A DNA stretch of 61,222 nt, the filler included. It is 10 parts of 10 records of this genome, joined end to end, with 100 filler letters (N's around TTAATTAATTAA, not from the genome) between each part and the next. Parts side by side here need not be neighbours in the genome. Positions count along the whole stretch, not along the records: positions 49,823 to 56,600 come from SRR20825010_5020; positions 56,701 to 61,222 come from SRR20825010_5022; 8 more parts are not named here. One strand, 5' to 3'. The position numbers and the translations under genes were made by a program. Under the pieces are notes generated by a model. The model was not told the DNA's origin. It searched no databases and was given only the letters and a program-made list of their open reading frames with translations. Positions 52,479-61,222 of the stretch are shown here, in pieces. Every line of letters begins with the position of its first letter. Positions within the stretch are counted from its first letter, which is position 1.

Positions 52479-52958
52479 TCAGTCGATGTTAAACAAACCT
52501 GTTGCAGCAATTGCGATCTGCAAGGCGCCGCCGCCCAAGACAATACCGCCGCCTGTCCGGGCTGAAAATGCACCGGTTGTATCCGTATCAATCCATGCCA
52601 CCAGAACATCGTCTTCAGGTGTGGTATCATCCCCACCAACCTGCTGATAAATCAGGAAGCCTTTGACGGTCTGTCCGGCTGCCGCATTCCCAAAGTTTAT
52701 GTCTGCATAGTCTGCTTCGGCGCGGTCGTCTGTATCGTTTTCAGTTACAGAAGCAGATCCAAGTGTCTGACGTGAGTAGCCAGATGCCGTGATCTCTGTC
52801 AGCACTGCCGATAACAGTTCATCCAGATAGTCGTCGTCTGCGGTTGGTGTGCCTGCGGATGTATCACGTGCTGCCAGAGCGCGAAGCACGGACGTATCGA
52901 GATCCAGAGACCCGTTGGCCAATGCCTGTTTTGCTTTATTGAATATGAAGTTTGCCAT
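52479..52958 (-). CDS. Putative phage structural protein
   Basis: FNKAKQALANGSLDLDT...EITASGYSRQTL...; resembles small proteins seen before phage fiber genes. Confidence 0.6.
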   Translation of the reverse strand: MANFIFNKAKQALANGSLDLDTSVLRALAARDTSAGTPTADDDYLDELLSAVLTEITASGYSRQTLGSASVTENDTDDRAEADYADINFGNAAAGQTVKGFLIYQQVGGDDTTPEDDVLVAWIDTDTTGAFSARTGGGIVLGGGALQIAIAATGLFNID

Positions 52959-53659
52959 TATTTCGACCTGCCTCCTAAGATAATAAATACGTCCCCGTCG
53001 TTCGGCGGTACGGGCATTGTTTCTACGGTTAATTTCAGCTTGTTATTTGCGTTTGTGGTCGTGCCTTCAGAGTCGGTTATGAAGTAGAGACCAACATTCG
53101 CAGGACTGCCGCCCGCGTTGTACCAGCTTCCACCCATGCCGATTAACGTGTCATCTGCGGCAATCGTTCCGTCTGTTTCAAACACTGTCACTTCTGGAGT
53201 GAAAGTCGAATCATCTACAATAACTGGAAGTGCTGAGTCATACAGTTCTTGCATGGCCTCTGCTGCTTCCGCACTGCCGTTGAGTTGTTTGATATTTGCC
53301 GGTAACGCCCTGCAGTCCACACGCAATGCAGTCGGCACCAGATTAGCGGCCCCTTGAATGTAGATCGTCACAAACCCTGCTGAACTCACTACCGTATCGG
53401 GAACGTCGAAGCGGTAAACGCCTGGCATGTTCGTTGAATCGACTTCAACAAAACCACCAGAAGACCATGCGCCGCCTGCCGATTGAGTCGCCAGCGTCAC
53501 TGCTGTTACTGTGCCTGTCGCTCCCTTCCGATAGTAGCAGGTCAACCCGCTGGAGTTATAAACCAAACCAGTCAGACCGCCACCAGTGGTACTGCTGGAG
53601 TCCGCAAGGAAAACATCAATGGTCTGGCTGGTCAATCCAGCGTAAACATATTCGCTCAT
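52958..53659 (-). CDS. Putative phage structural protein
   Basis: IDVFLADSSSTTGGGLTGLVYN...GGFVEVDSTNMPGVYRFDVPD; overlaps both neighbours. Confidence 0.6.
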   Translation of the reverse strand: MSEYVYAGLTSQTIDVFLADSSSTTGGGLTGLVYNSSGLTCYYRKGATGTVTAVTLATQSAGGAWSSGGFVEVDSTNMPGVYRFDVPDTVVSSAGFVTIYIQGAANLVPTALRVDCRALPANIKQLNGSAEAAEAMQELYDSALPVIVDDSTFTPEVTVFETDGTIAADDTLIGMGGSWYNAGGSPANVGLYFITDSEGTTTNANNKLKLTVETMPVPPNDGDVFIILGGRSK

Positions 53660-54447
53660 TGCATTCCACCGTTCATGTTTCCAGCTTTGATTAACCCGCC
53701 ACCACTTGCAGGTATAAGATTAAACTCATCCGCTATCCATGCTGATACCGTTTCAATATTTGAGTCTGACATATACTCCTTGTAGACAAGCAGCATAGCT
53801 ATATCGAACCTGCTCCCATTAGTCGTAGCAACTCCGCTCAAATACCGATTGCCTAATACAATCCCTGTTGGTGTGCCTGCAATATTAATGCTGTCAATAC
53901 CTGTACTTGCCCCCAATTCGCTTATAACCTTAAAACCATTCGTTCCTTGTTGAAGCGAGAATCCAAATAACGACGGTTCACCTATTCCAAGCCATCCGAG
54001 AGGGGTTGCAGTCGGGGCAGTGTAATAAAGTCCAAGGGCCGCTCTTAGGTAAGGGTATCCATGTCCAAACTGAAAGCAGAATGCGCTGGTTGAGTTGTAG
54101 TCAAGTCCAGAGCCGGGATGCATAGATAAAAAACCTGAATAATCTATTGCATTCGCTTCGTTATATTGAGCTAACGCAAATATGGTTACGCCACTGTACC
54201 CGCTCCAACTGCTAGCAAAATTCATGTACAGAGACTTGTCATTCGTTGTGGCAAACCTAACAACTGGATTACTGCCGATGATGTTTGTTTTATAAACTGG
54301 TCTCCTGCCAGAAGTCGCCTGAGTCATATCGTTACCGGCTGCGCTGCTGTCAGTCCATGTTGCCACAGCGTCACCGTCTGAAAGCCCAGTGATATCGCGG
54401 GCATCTAGCTGCAACTCAAGATTAGTTGTATAGGGATTCGCCGCCAC
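53656..54447 (-). CDS. Putative lectin/LamG-like jelly-roll domain protein
   Basis: LQLDARDITGLSDGDAVATWTDSS...PVYKTNIIG...VRF and C-terminal DIAMLLVY pattern; GTG start. Confidence 0.6.
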   Translation of the reverse strand: MAANPYTTNLELQLDARDITGLSDGDAVATWTDSSAAGNDMTQATSGRRPVYKTNIIGSNPVVRFATTNDKSLYMNFASSWSGYSGVTIFALAQYNEANAIDYSGFLSMHPGSGLDYNSTSAFCFQFGHGYPYLRAALGLYYTAPTATPLGWLGIGEPSLFGFSLQQGTNGFKVISELGASTGIDSINIAGTPTGIVLGNRYLSGVATTNGSRFDIAMLLVYKEYMSDSNIETVSAWIADEFNLIPASGGGLIKAGNMNGGMQ

Positions 54448-54986
54448 TATTCACCCCACGCTGCAACAGCGGTTTTGATATCTGCCAGTGATGCAGATTC
54501 TGCTATCAGTGGTTGAATACACTCATTCAACAATGCTGCCGCGTCCTGCTGGTTCTGGTTCAGTTGCCGCGCCGTAGCAACTTCTGCTTCGGTTGGCAGC
54601 TCTGAGAGTCCGTATTTCTCCCACAGTGGCCCCGTATGGATGCCGATATCAAGACAGGCACTCAGAGCCGCTGTTGCTGTCTCGTTTTCGGTCGATGCCA
54701 GAGAATAGGCAATCAGTGATCTGACAGTGGTATCTGTAAAATCAACACCATCTGACCTGAGCATTTCGCGGAAGATATCACAACCAGGCAAGCCCTCAAT
54801 CGCAGCATTCCAGCTCACCAGTTGTTCGTCGGTCAGCCCTTTCGCGCGAAGTTTATTACCCAACCCCTTCCAGTTGTAAGCTGTCTCATCGCGTGAGACC
54901 TCAACGGTCTCACCAAGTGCTGTCACGCATTCGGCATCGGTTAAACCGTCAAACTCACTAGATGCTATTGCCTGCCGTAGTGTCAT
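54447..54986 (-). CDS. Hypothetical protein
   Basis: 179 aa acidic ORF with a GAGGG RBS; overlaps the next gene. Confidence 0.6.
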   Translation of the reverse strand: MTLRQAIASSEFDGLTDAECVTALGETVEVSRDETAYNWKGLGNKLRAKGLTDEQLVSWNAAIEGLPGCDIFREMLRSDGVDFTDTTVRSLIAYSLASTENETATAALSACLDIGIHTGPLWEKYGLSELPTEAEVATARQLNQNQQDAAALLNECIQPLIAESASLADIKTAVAAWGE

Positions 54987-55191
54987 CGATTAACCCTCTG
55001 ATTTCTGTTGTATCGGTAATTGAGTGTTTACACAGTGGTTCTAAGACTCCTGCAGAGTCAGAGCCCACACCTGTTTGATCGTGCCTTTAAAACACTCACG
55101 CTTGAATGCTTTTGCAGGGTCTGTTTCTGGGTGATCTGCGAATGTCTGCAGGCGTTCCCTGTCTTTTTCGGCGTCGATTATTCTTTGTAAT

Positions 55192-55500
55192 TTACGCGAC
55201 TGCATTCTTGCTCCGATCTTCAAGCCACCACTTTATGAACCATTCGATCAGTGTGGGAAGTACCCACCACAGAATCACGGTCCAGTCAATGAATCCGTAG
55301 GTACCGCGTTTCAGTTTGCCGCGAACATCCGACTTCACAAGCTGTTTTAGCTTCCGTTTATCTGTGATGCCTTTGTGGTTCCGTGCCGAATCGAGTGCGA
55401 AAGACAGAATGGTATTGCGGGCATAGACATTTCCGCTGCTGCCGTATGTGATGCCAGCAGCACGTTGCATTCTCAGATTCTGTTCGTCTTCTGGGCTCAT
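55192..55500 (-). CDS. Hypothetical protein with C-terminal Trp-rich membrane segment
   Basis: YGFIDWTVILWWVLPTLIEWFIKWWL; ATGA overlap with the upstream gene. Confidence 0.6.
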   Translation of the reverse strand: MSPEDEQNLRMQRAAGITYGSSGNVYARNTILSFALDSARNHKGITDKRKLKQLVKSDVRGKLKRGTYGFIDWTVILWWVLPTLIEWFIKWWLEDRSKNAVA

Positions 55501-55793
55501 GAGGTCTTCACTTTCTCCCATGGAATGAATGGATCGGCTCTCTCTGGTAACTCCGCAACATCCACGGTAATGCCCTTTACACAGATCTTAAGCCCTTTGA
55601 TTTCGCCCTTAAAAACGAACCACTTCACGACAGGCTTACGATTCGTGAACTGCAGATTAAGATCACCACCATTCTGACTGAGCGTAAAATCCACTTTGCC
55701 ACCACCAGGCAGACTGATAGTGTAATCACCAGCCTGTACTCCGGATCCAGATAAGAATGCGGCAATCTGATTAACTCGTTCCGCCGCTGTCAT
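55497..55793 (-). CDS. Hypothetical protein
   Basis: ATGA overlaps at both ends. Confidence 0.55.
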   Translation of the reverse strand: MTAAERVNQIAAFLSGSGVQAGDYTISLPGGGKVDFTLSQNGGDLNLQFTNRKPVVKWFVFKGEIKGLKICVKGITVDVAELPERADPFIPWEKVKTS

Positions 55794-56503
55794 CTGCATC
55801 TCCCGCTTGAACAACCTGAAGAAAAGAATCGCCTGCCACGTCTGGTAGGCTCGTAGTAGTATTCGACTTGCGGGTCTTCCTGAACGGGCTCGCCCTGGTA
55901 CTGCGATGGGTTCCGCTTCTGGAACTTCCGCTTGAATTCGTTGATATCACCGCTGGCCAGTTGGTACTCTTCGCCGTCATCGCCTACCCAGTGCAGTGTT
56001 GGGAATGCTTCCACCCATGCAGGAGCAGGGTATTCGACAAACCGCACAAACGGTGCTTGATCCATGGTCTGCTTGAGTATTTCGCATGGACGGCAAAAAA
56101 AGTCGGTTGCGAAGTAAACTCGTATTTCTGGCCGGTTATCTGCCACCTTTGGTGCCTCTCCGGACCTCTGGCATTTGCAATTATCGCCGCACGAACAGGG
56201 CACCATCGCCAAGCCATCACCGCTGCGGACCTGCTTCGTGCCTTTACATTCGGTGCATTTGGTTTGCACGTCGGGTTTGCTGTTGGATGGCTGTGGCTCG
56301 TGGAATGCGATCTGAGAAGAGACCAGGGCTTTTATTGTGGTTTCGTCCGGTTCGTAGCCAGAGACGCTGGAGCAGCCGCTCAGGAGCTCTGCCAAGATGC
56401 AAGCTATCGTCGCCAGCAACACGAACGGAATCACAAATATACTACAGTCACCACTGGTGTGATAATCACTTTGTTTGTTTCCAGAGCTATCCAGGTCGTG
56501 CAT
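55790..56503 (-). CDS. Membrane-anchored Cys-rich protein with a thioredoxin-like CxxC
   Basis: TM segment; CTECKG...CSCGDNCKC; FFCRPC...FPTLHW; C-terminal GCSSGRCR; AAGGAG RBS. Confidence 0.65.
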   Translation of the reverse strand: MHDLDSSGNKQSDYHTSGDCSIFVIPFVLLATIACILAELLSGCSSVSGYEPDETTIKALVSSQIAFHEPQPSNSKPDVQTKCTECKGTKQVRSGDGLAMVPCSCGDNCKCQRSGEAPKVADNRPEIRVYFATDFFCRPCEILKQTMDQAPFVRFVEYPAPAWVEAFPTLHWVGDDGEEYQLASGDINEFKRKFQKRNPSQYQGEPVQEDPQVEYYYEPTRRGRRFFSSGCSSGRCR

Positions 56504-56700
56504 AACTTCTCCTTAAACCGCAACAGTAAAGCGGTTGAATATTTTCTTGAAATCAGTCCGGTCACGTCGCCAGTTGAGGTAATCACCGATGGCCCAGCAG
56601 NNNNNNNNNNNNNNNNNNNNNNNNNNNNNNNNNNNNNNNNNNNNTTAATTAATTAANNNNNNNNNNNNNNNNNNNNNNNNNNNNNNNNNNNNNNNNNNNN

Positions 56701-56934
56701 GACCGCAATCCGGTCCTGTGTTGTGTCCAGCAGGTCGCCGCCGTCCTTGGGCGGGTCGATCGCTTCGGCGCCGCGGGCTTTCAGGTCCAGTTCAATCTCG
56801 GCCACCGCGATCAGAATGTCGGCCATCAGTCGTTCCGACGGGTTGATGGTGTCGTCACCGTCTTGGGCTGCGGCCCCTTGGGCCGACAGGAACGCGGCAA
56901 AGACGATCGGCAAATGGCGACAAGGGAACATGAT
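56701..56934 (-). CDS. Secreted protein, N-terminal fragment
   Basis: Signal-peptide-like MFPCRHLPIVFAAFLSAQGAAAQD; truncated at the linker. Confidence 0.45.
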
Positions 56935-57120
56935 GGCGACCTCAAATTGGTATCCGAAATGTAGCCAATTGCGCGGCAAACGCCAAGTCCCGGCCTGCGC
57001 GGGGGCGGTTCCTATGGTCCATCGCTCAGCCTGCGTCATGCTTTGTCCTGAAACAGCGACTGTACGCGCTACCTGACCCACGGTGCGGTTGACGCCCGAC
57101 AGTCATATGCCCTTTACTGA

Positions 57121-57957
57121 ATGCAGAGCGTAGGTGAGCGTGGGAGACATTGCGTGCCAGATACCCCCAAACCGGGTGTGCCAGAATTGGGTCCGGTCAA
57201 CGCGGGCCTGTTGAAAGAGGCGTTGCGGCGCGGTTGGCGTGACCTGAAACGCGCGCCGGGCTATGCGCTGTTGTTTGCGCTGGTCTATGTCCTCGGCGGC
57301 TGGTTCATGGTCTGGATCACATGGATCACCGGGCAAAGCTATTGGCTGGTCTTTGCGGCCATCGGCTTTCCCCTAATCGCGCCGTTTGCGGCAGTGGGAT
57401 TTTACGATGTCAGCCGCCGGATCGAACAGGGCAGGCCGCTGGACTGGATGCAGATCATGGGGGTGGTCAAACGCGAATCCGGGCGGCAGTTGCCGTGGCT
57501 GGGGGCGATCATCCTTGTTGTGTTCCTGTTTTGGTTCTTTTTGGCGCATATGATCTTTGCGCTTTTTCTGGGTCTGTCGACCATGACAAATGTCTCCAGT
57601 TCTCTGGACATCTACATGACCGCGAACGGGCTGACCATGCTGGCGGTGGGAACTCTGGTAGGGGCCGCTTTCTCAACCCTGTTGTACATGATCACCGTGT
57701 TGTCGTTGCCGATGTTGCTGGACCGAGAGATCGATTTCGTAACCGCGATGATCACCTCTTTTGGCTATGTGCAGACGCACCCGTTGCCGATGCTGGGGTG
57801 GGGTGTCTTTATTGCCGTGGTGACGCTGGTGTCGATGCTGCCGGGGTTTTTCGGGCTGTTCATCTCACTGCCCCTGCTGGGGCATGCGACATGGCATCTG
57901 TACGACATGGTCGCCTATGGGCAAAGCCATACCGCAGAGGCGCATGTCGCAGCCTGA
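57121..57957 (+). CDS. DUF2189 family integral membrane protein
   Basis: LRRGWRDL, GFPLIAPFAAVGFYDVSRR, PLLGHATWHLY. Start may be GTG 57154. Confidence 0.85.
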   Translation: MQSVGERGRHCVPDTPKPGVPELGPVNAGLLKEALRRGWRDLKRAPGYALLFALVYVLGGWFMVWITWITGQSYWLVFAAIGFPLIAPFAAVGFYDVSRRIEQGRPLDWMQIMGVVKRESGRQLPWLGAIILVVFLFWFFLAHMIFALFLGLSTMTNVSSSLDIYMTANGLTMLAVGTLVGAAFSTLLYMITVLSLPMLLDREIDFVTAMITSFGYVQTHPLPMLGWGVFIAVVTLVSMLPGFFGLFISLPLLGHATWHLYDMVAYGQSHTAEAHVAA

Positions 57958-57965
57958 GCCCGCTT

Positions 57966-58178
57966 TCAGGCTTCACGGCCCTCAGCCTTGAGCCGGGCGT
58001 GCAACGCGGGTGCGCGCCCGTCACCCAGTTCCAGCGCAAAGACATAGGCGTGTGTCAGATAGAAACAGGACGCATCAAGATCGTTCACAATCTCAGCCGC
58101 CTGCGCGTACAGGGCGATCAGCGCGGCGCGATCGCCCCGCGCGTGCGCTGCGATCAGGCGATCGTCCAGCGCCTTCAT
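57966..58178 (-). CDS. Small hypothetical protein
   Basis: 70 aa containing FYLTHAYVFALELG; ATGA overlap with the Rieske gene stop. Confidence 0.7.
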   Translation of the reverse strand: MKALDDRLIAAHARGDRAALIALYAQAAEIVNDLDASCFYLTHAYVFALELGDGRAPALHARLKAEGREA

Positions 58179-59350
58179 TCGGCAGCCTTGGCCATGTCGC
58201 GGCAGGTTTGCACCTGTGTCGCGACCCAGTCGTGAAAACAATGGGTCGGGCTGTCCATCGCCGGTGAAAAGCGCCCGCCGTCAAAACCGCTGGCATGGCG
58301 TCCGCGCTGCATCCCCTCAACCACAAAGATGTCTTCCTCAAAGACCGTCTTCCACAGTTGCGTATTGCGCTGACGCAGCCCGCTGTCGGTTTTGGGCTGG
58401 GCGTAATATAGGTGAATGTGCTCGACCGTCTTGGCCGGACCTTCGGGCAGCAGGACGATGGCAAAAGCGTGGTCGCGGTGGACGCCCAGCAGCACGTTGG
58501 GATAGACTGCAATGTACTCGGCGGCGGTGTCCCATCTGTCGGAGATGTCATCAAAATCCGGAAACGGTTCATCGTTTTCGTTGGTGACTTGGCGGTAAAC
58601 CTCGGTCCCCTGACCGGAAAAGCGGCCCGGGTGTTCGATGTTGTAGTGGTCCTCTAGCCTCGAATAGGAATTCAGGCCCGGATGGACCCAAGGCAAGTGA
58701 TAGCTTTCGCAGTAGTTTTCCACTGCGAGTTTCCAGTTGCAGGCCACCTCCAGCGTCAGGATGCTATCTGATCCGCCATGATAGAGCGGCTTTTCAAACT
58801 CGGCCCAGCGGGTCATGACGTCGGCCATGGCCTCTTCGAACGCCGGGGCGTCGCCCGAGACATTGATCCAAACCAGATCGCGCCAGATGTGGCTGCGTAC
58901 CTCGATCAGGCCAAGGGTGGCGCGGTCTATGGCGTCATGGGTGTTGTGGCCGGGACCACCCACATGGGGCGTGCTGACAAGGCGGCCATCGGTGCCGTAG
59001 CACCATGAATGATAAGGGCAGCGGATCGCGCCCTCTATTTTGCGCGCCTCGTCGACGAGGATCATGCCGCGATGGCGGCAGATGTTCTGAAAGACCCGGA
59101 CTGCGCCGTCGCGTCCGCGCAACAGCAGCAGAGGCATCCCGAGAAAGGTGATCGGCTTGGCATCCCCTTCTTCGGGCACATCCGCGGTGACGGCCAATCC
59201 GGCCCACTGACGGAACAGCACCGCCTCCCGTTCCTCGGCAAAGACAACCGGGTCGATGTAATGCGCGTTCGGCAGGCCGTTGGCCTGTTCGACAGGGCGG
59301 CGGACGCTGTCAAGATCTGTCGGGGCAAGATCGGTCGGGTGAAGGGTCAT
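58175..59350 (-). CDS. Rieske non-heme iron oxygenase alpha subunit (choline/betaine monooxygenase-like)
   Basis: CRHRG...CPYHSW Rieske motif; NWKLAVENYCESYHLPWVH; EDIFVVEGMQRG. Confidence 0.92.
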   Translation of the reverse strand: MTLHPTDLAPTDLDSVRRPVEQANGLPNAHYIDPVVFAEEREAVLFRQWAGLAVTADVPEEGDAKPITFLGMPLLLLRGRDGAVRVFQNICRHRGMILVDEARKIEGAIRCPYHSWCYGTDGRLVSTPHVGGPGHNTHDAIDRATLGLIEVRSHIWRDLVWINVSGDAPAFEEAMADVMTRWAEFEKPLYHGGSDSILTLEVACNWKLAVENYCESYHLPWVHPGLNSYSRLEDHYNIEHPGRFSGQGTEVYRQVTNENDEPFPDFDDISDRWDTAAEYIAVYPNVLLGVHRDHAFAIVLLPEGPAKTVEHIHLYYAQPKTDSGLRQRNTQLWKTVFEEDIFVVEGMQRGRHASGFDGGRFSPAMDSPTHCFHDWVATQVQTCRDMAKAAE

Positions 59351-59469
59351 CGGGGCGGGCCTTCTGCTGACATGGGACACATTCCCGGTTAGACGCAGAA
59401 GGCGGGCTTGAACCGACAAAACCCGACACAGTTTGTATCACAGCGACCGTAAGTGCATCGGACCGGCGG

Positions 59470-60294
59470 TCAGATAAAGGACTCCGAAGGTTTTAGCAGG
59501 TTGCGTTGATAGGCCAACAGATCCGACTCCGCACAGAACCCGGCGCTGCGCGCGGCGGGCAGCACCTGGGCCATATTCTTGCCCAGGTACTCGTAGACCA
59601 GCCGTTCCACCCGGCGCCCGGCGACGTTTTCGCGCACGGTGCGGGTGACATACCCAACCCAGAAGTTGTTTTCGAACGACGGGATGCGTGCGAGAAAGTT
59701 GAAAGAAGTCGTGGTGGCCCCCCGACGACTGACGAGGGCGGCGATGCCGTCCTCTTGTGGCATCACCGCTCCGCGAAATTCGCGCGTTGCTGGGTCGGTG
59801 GGCAACCCTTGTTGACGCATGGCATCCTTGGCCTCGAACCCCTTCAGGAAGGTGCCTTTGCCACTGCGAAAGACATAGATCAGGCCACGCACGAACATGT
59901 CCTCATCCAGAAAGCTGCGGCGAGCAAAGCGATAGAACCCACTGGGGAATTCCTCTTCGCTGACGGACCGCAGCGCGCCGCCAAGATAAGCGGCGATGGC
60001 GGGGTCGTTCAGAATACCTGCTTCGTTGTTGGTGATCTCTTGAACGGGTTGCAAAAGAATGCGCGCATCGACCTGGAAATATGAACAGATGCGGTGCAGC
60101 ACGTCGGGGCGTGGAAAGCTTTCACCGGCAAGATAGCGGTTGTACTGGGTGCGATTGATCCCAAGGTCGCGGCACAGCGCCGATATGGAGGGTGCGCGTT
60201 GTGACAGCTGGCGCAGATTGGCACCAAGCATACTACGCAATTCGGCCGGCGCTGGACTGCGCCGTGGCGCTTTTGTGGCAGGCTTCTCCGGCAT
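59470..60294 (-). CDS. XRE-family HTH transcriptional regulator
   Basis: NLRQL...SISALCRDLGINRTQYNRYLAGESFPRPDVL. Confidence 0.8.
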   Translation of the reverse strand: MPEKPATKAPRRSPAPAELRSMLGANLRQLSQRAPSISALCRDLGINRTQYNRYLAGESFPRPDVLHRICSYFQVDARILLQPVQEITNNEAGILNDPAIAAYLGGALRSVSEEEFPSGFYRFARRSFLDEDMFVRGLIYVFRSGKGTFLKGFEAKDAMRQQGLPTDPATREFRGAVMPQEDGIAALVSRRGATTTSFNFLARIPSFENNFWVGYVTRTVRENVAGRRVERLVYEYLGKNMAQVLPAARSAGFCAESDLLAYQRNLLKPSESFI

Positions 60295-60516
60295 CTTGTC
60301 CCAATCTTGTCTTGTAGCGCCTTTAGTTTGAAGCATTTTTGCGCGTGTGTCCCTAGTTTCGCCATCATGTGACGCTTGTTCGCATCAGTGTTGATGCTAT
60401 TTGGCGGCAAAGTTGACCTGTCACGTCACAAAAATCAAGACGAAGACACGGAAAATTACCTATTGCATCGGAAAGGTTTCGTTCACGTTCAACTAATAAT
60501 CATCAGTGGGTGCATC

Positions 60517-60837
60517 ATGCAGGATCAGATGTTGGGCGTTGTTTTGTGGGCGGATATCGATGATCGCAAAGCCGTGATCTGGTGCGAAGATCACGGCAAT
60601 CTGGCTTACTACACAGCGGCTGAGCAGAACGTACACGAAGGGATTGATCTGGATGCGGGTGACCTGATCCAGTTTGATCTGCGCGAAGATCGCGATGTCA
60701 GAAGAGCGCGTAACCTGCGCAGGGTGGATGCGGGCTATGCCCCGACTATCGTGCACGAGTTGCGCAACCGGGGGCCACGCGGCAGCAGTACAGCCGAAAA
60801 CGTGGTGTGCTTTCCAGAGGCGCGTCGCGCCGGATAA
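60517..60837 (+). CDS. Conserved hypothetical protein (possible OB-fold)
   Basis: MLGVVLW...KAVIWCEDHGNLAYY...GDLIQF...RARNL; divergent from the HTH gene. Confidence 0.65.
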   Translation: MQDQMLGVVLWADIDDRKAVIWCEDHGNLAYYTAAEQNVHEGIDLDAGDLIQFDLREDRDVRRARNLRRVDAGYAPTIVHELRNRGPRGSSTAENVVCFPEARRAG

Positions 60838-60852
60838 GCACCGTATCAGGAA

Positions 60853-60888
60853 AGTGGCGCGCTACCCGGTGATCGGGTCCGCGCCACT
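60853..60888. terminator. Hairpin between convergent genes
   Basis: Outer stem AGTGGCGCG/CGCGCCACT, inner stem ACCCG/CGGGT; no strong U-tract. Confidence 0.55.
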
Positions 60889-60897
60889 ACCTTGTGT

Positions 60898-61222
60898 TCA
60901 GATGCCGCGCGCCAGGGCGGCAACACCGGTCCGGGCCACCTCAATCAGGCCAAGCGGGCGCATAAGATCGGCAAAGGCATCGATCTTGTCCGGTGTTCCG
61001 GTCAACTGGAAGACAAAGCTTTCCAGCGTCGAATCCACAACATTGGCGCGAAAGATATCTGCCAAGCGCAATGCTTCGACGCGTTTGTCGCCGGTGCCAT
61101 TCACCTTGAACAATGCCAGTTCCCGTTCGACAGACTTTCCCTCGACCGTCAGGTCATGCACTTCGTGTACGGGCACGATGCGGCCCAGCTGTGCCTTGAT
61201 CTGTTCGATCACCTGCGGCGTG
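60898..61222 (-). CDS. ilvH: Acetolactate synthase small subunit, C-terminal part
   Basis: ERELALFKV...EALRLADIFRANVVDST...EVARTGVAAL. Confidence 0.92.
   Translation of the reverse strand, partial: TPQVIEQIKAQLGRIVPVHEVHDLTVEGKSVERELALFKVNGTGDKRVEALRLADIFRANVVDSTLESFVFQLTGTPDKIDAFADLMRPLGLIEVARTGVAALARGI

Larger units (their letters stand above)
49823..56600 (-). mobile_element. Phage or prophage fragment (structural/fiber-type module plus small ORFans)
   Basis: About 13 tightly packed or overlapping co-oriented genes, none housekeeping; several are Thr/Ser/Gly/Val-rich virion-like proteins. No terminase, capsid or integrase is present, so phage identity is inferred. Confidence 0.65.

Noticed and set aside
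49823-56600. Diversity-generating retroelement or anti-phage system in the phage-like contig
   Set aside because: No reverse transcriptase, no template/variable repeat pair and no recognisable defence domains seen.
1-61222. Apparent mosaic island or HGT structure and cross-segment gene associations (e.g. heme TonB system with fhuCDB)
   Set aside because: Segments are separate contigs from different organisms, so adjacency across linkers has no biological meaning.

Overview
This window is not one genome. It is ten unrelated contigs joined by nine artificial 100-bp linkers (N44-TTAATTAATTAA-N44), so no gene-neighbourhood inference is valid across a linker. (1) 1-3984, planctomycete-like: AI-2E permease, catalase, start of a large secreted protein. 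(2) 4085-10607, AT-rich and apparently gene-free: 25 exact copies of the 10-mer GGAAAGGTGT/ACACCTTTCC in both orientations, median spacing ~200 bp, flanked by diverged ~120-130 bp tandem repeats that face in opposite directions at the two ends. This is the most unusual element in the window. (3) 10708-16378, Roseobacter-like: MttB fragment, stand-alone sensor protein, MCP, transglutaminase fusion. (4) 16479-24806, Roseobacter-like: heme monooxygenase, ExbB-ExbD-ExbD-TonB, GNAT, dipeptidase, Dpp ABC. (5) 24907-29293: AT-less ketosynthase, ACP, methyltransferase and polysaccharide pyruvyltransferase-family cluster. (6) 29394-35165: carbamoylase, RidA, amidase, peptide-type ABC. (7) 35266-39719, high-GC and probably PVC superphylum: dinB, mscL, a chlamydial OmcB-like protein. 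(8) 39820-49722, Rhizobiales-like: twin-DctP TRAP plus type II dehydroquinase, SapC-IalB, fhuCDB. (9) 49823-56600, phage-like module with a 22-aa-repeat protein. (10) 56701-61222, Roseobacter-like: DUF2189, Rieske oxygenase, HTH regulator, ilvH. Taxonomic labels and family names come from motif recognition by eye, not database searches.
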